Source of the DNA: an uncultured delta proteobacterium
Lineage (GTDB): Bacteria; Desulfobacterota; Desulfobacteria; Desulfobacterales; UBA2156
Direction: 5' to 3'
Assembly: GCA_963736855.1 (NCBI GenBank)
Contig: CAVTQK010000021.1
Coordinates: forward strand, 687,464 to 751,463
Length of the DNA stretch: 64,000 nucleotides
Shown here piece by piece: positions 9,175-16,345 of this stretch (position 1 is its first letter; the number at the start of each line of letters is the position of its first letter). A program made the position numbers and the translations under genes. The notes under the pieces were generated by a model. The model had not been told where the DNA came from. It did no database searches and was given only the letters and a program-made list of their open reading frames with translations.

Positions 9175-10632
9175 TCAAACTTGGTAACTTCTTTGTACCG
9201 CCCCCCATTTCTCTTGCGCGGTGGTGTTCTCACCCCAGGTATCAGCTCGTTCAGCAAAATTACTGACGACGCGAAAAGCTTCTTCACCGGTATTTACGAT
9301 CGTGTAAATATAGAGGTCTTTTTCTGATATCGCACCCGCTTTTTCATATAACACTTTGTGATGATAATCATGGATCGGGTCCCAATACCGGTTGCGGATC
9401 AAAACGATCGGCATAGGATCGATCTTCTTAGTCTGGATCAAAGTCAAGACTTCATAAAAAAGATCGAGTACTCCCGCACCGCCCGGGAAGTACACGATAC
9501 CGTAATTCGTATGTTCGACAAGCGCAATCTTCTGAGAGAAGATATCGTGGAAATTGCAACAGGTATCCGTGTCAGTCTCGCATCCTTCATTATCTTTATA
9601 GTAATTGAACGCGAATAGCCTGGCCTCCGGGTGGTCGGCAAACCGCGCACCTCGGGCAATCGCCTCGGATATGGTATAATTATTACGATATAATAGAGAG
9701 ATCCCCTTCTGCGCAAGTTTGAATGCCAGATCCTGAGCTTCGTTGTAGGAATGAGCGTCTTTTCTGATGTGCTGGCCGCCGATGATGCTGATCGTCCGCT
9801 CGATATTCGTTCGATTAATCAGAACTGCCGCGGTATAGAGTTCTCCGATCGCTCTCTCCGCCCAACTATCTTTGATCTTTTTCAATAGGTACTGCAAATG
9901 TGCCTTGGTATCTATTTGTTTCTCCATGACTTTAAAATAGCGTAATACTTGTTCCGGAGTGTTAAGCAAAACAAAGTTTTTGCCTATAGGCTTACGGATA
10001 AGCGGAATCTGATCGTGGTGCGCGATGGACTCTTGACGCAGCTTTTCCAGATACCACAACCAGAACGAATAAAACTCTCTATCCAATAATATGATTGGTG
10101 CGGTATCTTTCTCTTCTTTGTCTTTTAAAATGAGCCGCTCAAAAAACTCAGCCATAGTCCCGTATCCGCCGGGTGCGGCAATGAAGGCGTTGCTGAAATA
10201 ACGGAAAGTCATTTCTCGCGAAAAGAAATAATCAAACATAAACGTCTGGGTCGCAAAGGGATTCACTTTCTGTTCTTTAGGCAGTTCGATCCCCAAAGCG
10301 ATCGATTCCGCTCCGCTTGCTCTTCCTCCTCTATTTCCAGCCTCCATAATACCCGGGCCACCGCCGGTGATGATTATCGCTCCCAGTTCTTTCGCTAAAT
10401 AGAGTGCGGCTTTATATGCTTTTTCGTACATCTGCATACCGAAAACGACTTTGGGATCTTTTATATCCGCAGCCGGGTCGTCGAAAGCTTTAAACCGAGC
10501 TGATCCATAGATCGCAATTCGCAACGCCACAGTCGGATTTTGCCGTAAGTATTCATAAAACAGCATCAACTCTTCCAGAGCTTTTTCCAGATTAAGGAAT
10601 CGATAGCGCTTAAGAGCATTATTATTCTGCAT
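9175..10632 (-). CDS. tandem LOG-family (TIGR00730 / lysine-decarboxylase-like) protein
   Basis: 485 aa. The first half has ITGGGPGIMEAGNRG and PGGYGTMAEFFE (LOG PGGxGTxxE motif). The second half repeats the fold (FPGGAGVLDLFYEVLTLIQTKK). Confidence 0.7.
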   Translation of the reverse strand: MQNNNALKRYRFLNLEKALEELMLFYEYLRQNPTVALRIAIYGSARFKAFDDPAADIKDPKVVFGMQMYEKAYKAALYLAKELGAIIITGGGPGIMEAGNRGGRASGAESIALGIELPKEQKVNPFATQTFMFDYFFSREMTFRYFSNAFIAAPGGYGTMAEFFERLILKDKEEKDTAPIILLDREFYSFWLWYLEKLRQESIAHHDQIPLIRKPIGKNFVLLNTPEQVLRYFKVMEKQIDTKAHLQYLLKKIKDSWAERAIGELYTAAVLINRTNIERTISIIGGQHIRKDAHSYNEAQDLAFKLAQKGISLLYRNNYTISEAIARGARFADHPEARLFAFNYYKDNEGCETDTDTCCNFHDIFSQKIALVEHTNYGIVYFPGGAGVLDLFYEVLTLIQTKKIDPMPIVLIRNRYWDPIHDYHHKVLYEKAGAISEKDLYIYTIVNTGEEAFRVVSNFAERADTWGENTTAQEKWGAVQRSYQV

Positions 10633-10685
10633 CGGCGAGAAATTGGATAAGAGGTTGGGGATTTTCGAATGGATTTTTTACAATC

Positions 10686-10952
10686 ATGAATTGTGTTTCA
10701 CAATAATCTGCACACCAAAATATGGAAACGCACAATGGTTATGACTTATGTATTTTCGATTATCCGAAGGCGAATTCACTGTCAATTAGAATTGTGTCGT
10801 CAAGATATCGGCGGTGGACCCCTCTTTAGATAGTTGAAAATTCACAAGCTACAACAACTGCAGGTTCCTATATCTTGGGGTGCAGATGATGGCAAAACAC
10901 AATTTATATTTGCATTTAACACAACCGTAAAAAAGCGACTTTCTGCTATCAG
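10686..10952. mobile_element. MITE-like element: ~40-bp terminal inverted repeats of the IS91-relic end repeat flanking ~140 bp
   Basis: 10686-10725 ATGAATTGTGTTTCACAATAATCTGCACACCAAAATATGG is the reverse complement (36/40) of the repeat at 11926-11965. A forward copy lies at 10867-10907, with the conserved tail ...AAAAAAGCGACTTTCTGCTATCA reaching ~10952. No ORF lies between the arms. Confidence 0.5.
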
Positions 10953-11338
10953 TCCATAGTGTGCCACCATTTCATGCAAAATATATTGTTCGGCTTATAC
11001 GGATGCGTCCCCTCAATCACTTCAACCCCTGCTTTTGCCTTTATCTTCTTTATTATCGTCTCGCTATAGGGGCAATGATCGACAATGCATGGGCCGATGT
11101 GAACCTTAGTCACCTTTTCATTCATCGGTTTGTTCCAGAGATTAATCTGAGCAAGCCGAGTGACAATGGTTGCTCCGGGGCAGTCTCCGCAATTCAAAAG
11201 CCCTATCATCTGTGCATCCGAATCCTTGTATCTGGCAAACTCTCCCTCTCTCCGATTAAACCCGACCATGCAGCGGCTGCAACCGATACAGACATCATCC
11301 ATTGCTTTTTTACAGCCAACAATCAGAATTTTTTCCAT
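10949..11338 (-). CDS. CGGC domain-containing protein
   Basis: 129 aa, Cys-rich (CIGCSRC, LNCGDCPG, GPCIVDHCPY), with the layout of the CGGC-domain family. Assignment is from memory of the family. Confidence 0.6.
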   Translation of the reverse strand: MEKILIVGCKKAMDDVCIGCSRCMVGFNRREGEFARYKDSDAQMIGLLNCGDCPGATIVTRLAQINLWNKPMNEKVTKVHIGPCIVDHCPYSETIIKKIKAKAGVEVIEGTHPYKPNNIFCMKWWHTMD

Positions 11339-11380
11339 CCTATTCCTCCTTGAAATTTACTTATGTTTATTCCTTGTTGG

Positions 11381-11418
11381 GCATGATCTGGCCATATGTG
11401 CATGATCTGGCCATAATT
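11381..11418. repeat. 19-bp tandem duplication GCATGATCTGGCCATA(tgt/att) x2
   Basis: Two identical 16-mers at 11381-11396 and 11400-11415, about 45 bp upstream of the CGGC gene start. Confidence 0.8.
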
Positions 11419-11554
11419 GTATTCGCGGTTGCTTTGATAAATAACATCTCTGCATAGATTCAATCCGTGTGCCGTAAATGCCGGGAGTTTTGCTTTTTAA
11501 CATATTCCCTTGCCTGTCTCCAATCCAAATTTTAGCTTTTTATAAACCTAAATG

Positions 11555-12007
11555 GAGCGATTCGGGTTTTTTATTGAGAAAACATGTCTCCCAATTGATC
11601 TGAAACGACTCCCCAGGCCAGTCGCCCGTGCCCCGTCTTTGATTGAATTTCCGACATATGACGATGCCTTCCCGCCTTCCATCGATGATTACGTCGCCTA
11701 CCCAGTCTCCCCCATGGATGCTTTCTCTTAAAAAAAACCGGTCGGCGCTGACTCGCCCTGCCTGTGCGATGCACCTGTCTGCGTCGCGAACGCGACAGGC
11801 AGGCACAGACAGGTGGCCTATGCCCAAATTGGCCAAAATAACGGCCTCTTGCCGATAAAATTCCGATTGACAGCACGTCACCTTCGGATTATTGAAAAAC
11901 CATACACCATGACAACTGTGGGTTTCCATATCTTGGAGTGCAGATTACGGTGAAACACAATTCATTCTCGCTCTTGAACCGTCCACAAAAAAACGGGTCC
12001 TTATCAA
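11555..12007 (+). mobile_element. IS91-family relic 1 (last ~45 codons of the transposase plus 3' terminal region)
   Basis: Translation ...GFFIEKTCLPIDLKRLPRPVARAPSLIEFPTYDD parallels relic 2 (...DVIKKILKHLNLWDPKRPERLVDHASPLIESPTYDD). DNA collinear with 13270-13580 includes the 85-bp terminal repeat (11926-12007). A ~59-bp palindromic insertion sits at 11757-11815. Confidence 0.6.
11867..11895 (+). promoter_or_regulatory. sigma70-like outward promoter motif in relic 1 (TTGACA-17-TATTGA)
   Basis: TTGACA at 11867-11872, a 17-nt spacer, then TATTGA at 11890-11895. The same arrangement is conserved in relic 2. Confidence 0.3.
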
Positions 12008-12211
12008 TTTATCACATGAATCTTGCACGTTTTTTTTAAATTTCCTTGCAAGAAATTTTTTTGCACGGATAGATTGGTGATTCAGCGAAGCATACGGGAC
12101 CGCGAGATAGAAAATATTCGGATTGAATTTCAATATTGACAACACGGGGTTAGGCGGACAGATTGAATTGAGGTCATCGTAAAATCAAACTTTTAAAAAA
12201 AGGAGATAAAC

Positions 12212-12622
12212 ATGATTCGAAAAGCAACGTATAAACTTCGCGTGACACGAAGGGAGGCGCTCTACGTGCACGATGAACCCGATCATTCTCTGATGCTTGT
12301 CGAAATGGAAGGTGAACCGCTGCATTACGAGGTGGGCATCGCCGGAGAATTCGTCTCCCGGCGCAGCGTCAATTTCCATGACCGCATTAAAGGCACCGGG
12401 TCCATGCAGGGCTATGCGGTGACCAACTTCCAGTACGGTTCAGTGTTCAGCCGTTTTGAGGGGCATCGCGATGGTGAATCCAGGGTCACAACAGGTAAGT
12501 GGAAAACATACAAGGGCACCGGAAAGCTGGCAGCAATCAAAGGCGAGGGGACATTCACGGTCATCCTGGGAAAGGCTTCAAATGAGTTCATACTCAACAT
12601 GGAAGGAAACTACGAACTCTGA
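12212..12622 (+). CDS. hypothetical protein (136 aa, beta-rich, Gly-rich C-terminal repeats)
   Basis: Strong RBS (AAAGGAGAT 6 nt before ATG). No overlapping better ORF. No motif I can name. Sandwiched between the two IS91 relics. Confidence 0.5.
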   Translation: MIRKATYKLRVTRREALYVHDEPDHSLMLVEMEGEPLHYEVGIAGEFVSRRSVNFHDRIKGTGSMQGYAVTNFQYGSVFSRFEGHRDGESRVTTGKWKTYKGTGKLAAIKGEGTFTVILGKASNEFILNMEGNYEL

Positions 12623-12634
12623 TCGATCCGCGTG

Positions 12635-13580
12635 AATAGGGATACATTTTTACCGCCCTTTCCGTAAAAGACGGCATTTTTGCCCTTCCTGTCATCAGAA
12701 GCGCGTGGTGGAATTCGTTGAATGGCAATGCGGCAATATCATCAAGCCGTGCCGCCTGTCTGCGTGCGGCGCACAGTCAGGCACCGGAATCTGGTGATGA
12801 GTATTCCGAAGATCCTCAGAGATATTTTTTCTATAACCGGAAGCTGTTATCCGAGTTAAGCCGCTGCGGGTGGGAAAGTCTGAAGAGCTGTTTCAGTGTC
12901 GTTTCACGGGATTCGAAGGCGGTCCCCGGCTCTGCCATCGCCATTCATTAACGCTCTGAAGCATCTTGCCGCCATGACCTACCATGTTCTGCAGTTACCT
13001 ATCCTACGGCAGACGCAAAAAAGTCGGAACGGACGGGATTGTCCCCTGCCTGCTCGAACAGGAAACGACCGATGTTCAGTTCCGGAAAAATTGGTCACGC
13101 CTGATTCAAAAAATATATGAGGTCGATCCCCTGGTCTGCCCTAAGTGCCGGGGAAAAATGCGGGTGGTTACATTCATCGAAGATCCGGACGTAATCAAAA
13201 AAATACTCAAACACTTGAACTTATGGGATCCGAAACGACCGGAAAGGCTCGTCGACCATGCCTCGCCTCTGATTGAATCCCCAACATATGATGACCCCGT
13301 TACAGCCTTCCACAGACGGTTACCGTCGCCGACCCGGTTTATCTCATGGATGCTTACTCCTAAAAACCGGTCGGCGCTGCTCCGTTGGAATATACCCAAA
13401 TCGGCCGAGATAATGACCTTTTGCCGATGAAAACCCGTTTGACAGCTCACCCGTCTTTTGTTAATTAAAAACACATCCGCCACGACACCTGTATGTTCCC
13501 ATATCTTGGGGTACAGACAATGGTAAAACACAATTCATCCTCACCATTGATCCGTCCGCAAAAAAGCGACTTCTAATCAA
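12635..13580 (+). mobile_element. IS91-family relic 2: 5'-truncated, frameshifted, internally deleted transposase pseudogene plus 3' terminal repeat
   Basis: Three frames carry recognisable pieces. (1) FRKRRHFCPSCHQKRVVEF, the IS91 Zn-binding region. (2) IPKILRDIFFYNRKLLSELSRCGWESLKS...VPGSAIAIH. (3) WSRLIQKIYEVDPLVCPKCRGKMRVVTFIEDPDVIKKILKHLNLW, the C-terminal Zn ribbon. The terminal repeat is at 13499-13580. Confidence 0.7.
13439..13467 (+). promoter_or_regulatory. sigma70-like outward promoter motif in relic 2 (TTGACA-17-TAATTA)
   Basis: TTGACA at 13439-13444, a 17-nt spacer, then TAATTA at 13462-13467. It lies about 160 nt upstream of the ERCC4 gene on the same strand. Confidence 0.3.
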
Positions 13581-13628
13581 AAATATTTTCGTGTGGTTCG
13601 TGTGTTTAGTGGTTGAAAGATTTGTGAT

Positions 13629-14309
13629 ATGAAAACAGACACCCCCATCGAAATCATCGCCGATGACCGGGAGCAGAAAAGCGATGTCATCCGGTTGTTA
13701 TCTGAGATTGACAATGTCGATGTTCAGATAGGACGGCTTTCTATTGGCGATTATAAGATCGATAACCGGCTGATTGTGGAAAGAAAGACATTAAAAGACT
13801 TTGCCATATCCATTATCGATGGCAGGTTGTTCAAGCAATCGATTCGCCTGACTAATTCCCATCTGAAAGGGGTAATGATACTTGAAGGTTCAGCCAAAGA
13901 CACCGCTGATTTGGGCGTGACCAGAGAGGCCATGCAGGGCGCATTGATTACCATTTCAGTGTTATTGGGGATTCCGGTTTTACGGGCAATTGATGCCACC
14001 GAAACGGCAAAGCTCATGGTGTATATGGCGCAACAGATTAAACGCATAGCCAATGACGGCATTCAACGGCAGGGATATCGACCCAAGAGCAAACGAAAGC
14101 GGCAGCTTTACATCTTGCAGGGATTGCCGGGAATTGGCTATGAAAGAGCCGTCCGACTTCTGGATGCCTTCGGCAGTGTGGAAGGGGTTGTTTCCGCAAG
14201 CAGTGAAGAATTACAGATTATAGATGGCATAGGCGAAAAGATTGCTGAAAAGATCAAATGGGCGGTTAGCGAACAGATTTTACCCTATGGTTTTATTGAC
14301 AAAAACTAA
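13629..14309 (+). CDS. ERCC4 (XPF/Mus81-type) nuclease with C-terminal (HhH)2 domain
   Basis: 226 aa. Has ADDREQ, IGDYKI and VERKTLKDF (GDxn-ERKxxxD signature). The tail GLPGIGYERAVRLL...IDGIGEKIAEKI gives two helix-hairpin-helix motifs. Confidence 0.85.
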   Translation: MKTDTPIEIIADDREQKSDVIRLLSEIDNVDVQIGRLSIGDYKIDNRLIVERKTLKDFAISIIDGRLFKQSIRLTNSHLKGVMILEGSAKDTADLGVTREAMQGALITISVLLGIPVLRAIDATETAKLMVYMAQQIKRIANDGIQRQGYRPKSKRKRQLYILQGLPGIGYERAVRLLDAFGSVEGVVSASSEELQIIDGIGEKIAEKIKWAVSEQILPYGFIDKN

Positions 14310-14384
14310 TATATCGGCTCTGTAAGTGCTTTATGAGAATAAATACAGTGGTATTAAATTATTATCCGGGAGTCAAAAAAAGAT

Positions 14385-16310
14385 ATGTTGAAGCAACATC
14401 TGAAAAAGTACTTCGGATTTGATTCGTTTTTAAAGGGGCAGGAAGGGGTCATTCAAAGAATTCTGGATGGGAATTCCGCGGTTGCCATCTTCCCTACCGG
14501 AGCAGGTAAATCTTTGTGTTATCAATTACCGGCTATGATGCTTCCCGGTTTAACCCTGGTGGTATCTCCCCTGTTGTCCCTGATGAAGGATCAACTGGAT
14601 TTTCTGCTGGAAAACCATATTCCCGCCGCGCGTCTGGATTCCACCCTTGATAAGGCTGAATATAACGCTGTTCTTGAAAGGGCCAAAAACAATGAATTGA
14701 AAATCCTGATGATATCCGTTGAACGGTTTAAAAATGAATGCTTTCGTTTCCATCTAGAACGGATGAACGTTTCCCTGCTGGTTATTGACGAAGCCCATTG
14801 CATTTCCGAGTGGGGGCACAATTTCAGGCCGGAGTACCTGAAACTACCGAATTATCAAAAGGAATTCAAAATCATGCAAACTTTACTGCTCACTGCAACC
14901 GCGACAAAGCCGGTCATTGATGATATGTGTGCAAAATTCAACATTCCCAAAAAAAATGTATCAGTTACCGGTTTTTATCGAAACAATCTGTTTATTCAAA
15001 TTACACCGATTGGCACATCCGAAAAAAAGCAATACCTGCTAAAGCGTATTCTTGAAACACCCGACGCATCCATGATTGTCTATGTAACCCTTCAAAAAAC
15101 AGCCGAAGCGGTTTCGGATTTTCTTCGCGAAAACAACATCAACTCCCACGCATATCATGCCGGAATGGAAAATAAGGAACGAGAACTGATCCAAAACCGG
15201 TTTATGGAAGGAACGGTCTCCTGTATCGTTGCCACTATTGCCTTCGGGATGGGCATCGATAAGAAAGACATCCGCAGGATTATTCACTACGATTTGCCCA
15301 AATCGATTGAAAACTACAGCCAGGAAATCGGACGATCCGGAAGAGATAAAAAGCCTGCATTGTGCGAAGTTCTGGCCAATCGGGACAACATCCATATTCT
15401 GGAAAATTTTATCTATGGGGATACACCGGAAAAGCAATCGATTGTTCAGTTGCTTCAAACCATAAAGAAAAATCCGGGCTTTGTATGGGAAATAAGGGAA
15501 ATGAGGCTTTCAAATGACCTGAATATCCGGTTGCTGCCCTTGAAAACGTTATTGGTTTATCTTTCCATGGAAAAGATTATCCGTCCCAAACTTTCATACT
15601 TTGAATTCTATTCCTTCAAGTACAGGACAGAACCGGAAAATATTATCAACCGGTTTGAAGGGGAAAGGAAACAGTTTGTACAATCGGTCATCAACCACTG
15701 TTTTACCAAGAAAGTATGGACGGATGTGGATATTCAAGCCGTTATAAACAGCTACCATACGGATCGGGAGCGAATTCTCGCCGCGTTGGATTACTTCGAC
15801 GAGAAGGGCTGGATCGAACTTCAAGCCAGACAGTCCGTGGAAGTGTATGATATTTTAACCCAGGCCTTTGATATCGAAACTGTAACCAATAAAATGTTTT
15901 CCCTGTTTAAAAAGAAGGAGCAACTTGAAATTCAAAGAATTCATCACATGATCCACTTTTTCGAAAGTGATACATGTGTCAGTAAAAAGCTTGCCGGATA
16001 TTTCGGGGAGCACCTGGAGAAGGAGCGCTGTGGTCATTGCTCTTTTTGTAAAAGCGGAAAAGCGGTGTTAATTCAAAATACCGAATTGAAGCCGATTGCT
16101 CATTTCGATTTTAAAACGATTATCCATGAATTTAAAAATGCTATAAGAGATCAATTTTCAGACACCAGTTTAACAAAATTTCTCTGCGGGATTTACACAC
16201 CGGTTTTTTCCAGTTTAAAAATCAAAAACCTGTCCTATTTCGGTGTTCTTGAAAATTATCATTTTATGGAGGTACAAAACTGGGTTAAAGATCAAATGAA
16301 GTTACAATAA
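14385..16310 (+). CDS. recQ: RecQ-family ATP-dependent DNA helicase
   Basis: 641 aa. Has FPTGAGKSLCYQLPA, VIDEAHCISEWGHNFRPEY, TATAT, helicase-C (IATIAFGMGIDKKDIR...QEIGRSGRD) and a C-terminal CGHCSFC motif. Confidence 0.85.
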   Translation: MLKQHLKKYFGFDSFLKGQEGVIQRILDGNSAVAIFPTGAGKSLCYQLPAMMLPGLTLVVSPLLSLMKDQLDFLLENHIPAARLDSTLDKAEYNAVLERAKNNELKILMISVERFKNECFRFHLERMNVSLLVIDEAHCISEWGHNFRPEYLKLPNYQKEFKIMQTLLLTATATKPVIDDMCAKFNIPKKNVSVTGFYRNNLFIQITPIGTSEKKQYLLKRILETPDASMIVYVTLQKTAEAVSDFLRENNINSHAYHAGMENKERELIQNRFMEGTVSCIVATIAFGMGIDKKDIRRIIHYDLPKSIENYSQEIGRSGRDKKPALCEVLANRDNIHILENFIYGDTPEKQSIVQLLQTIKKNPGFVWEIREMRLSNDLNIRLLPLKTLLVYLSMEKIIRPKLSYFEFYSFKYRTEPENIINRFEGERKQFVQSVINHCFTKKVWTDVDIQAVINSYHTDRERILAALDYFDEKGWIELQARQSVEVYDILTQAFDIETVTNKMFSLFKKKEQLEIQRIHHMIHFFESDTCVSKKLAGYFGEHLEKERCGHCSFCKSGKAVLIQNTELKPIAHFDFKTIIHEFKNAIRDQFSDTSLTKFLCGIYTPVFSSLKIKNLSYFGVLENYHFMEVQNWVKDQMKLQ

Positions 16311-16345
16311 AAAAATCATTGAAAGTTTAAAACATCAATTTTCCT

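Noticed and set aside
11540-11929. Minus-strand ORFs of 129 and 101 aa across IS91 relic 1, and the 141-aa minus-strand ORF 13106-13531 across relic 2.
   Set aside because: They are antisense to recognisable transposase-derived sequence and to the palindromic insert, and I see no motifs in them. They are most likely artefacts of decayed DNA.
10686-13580. Whether the recurring 40-mer units could be a CRISPR array.
   Set aside because: Copies are 180 bp to 1.5 kb apart, one is inverted, and they are embedded in longer homologous IS-derived segments. No regular repeat-spacer periodicity exists anywhere in the window.
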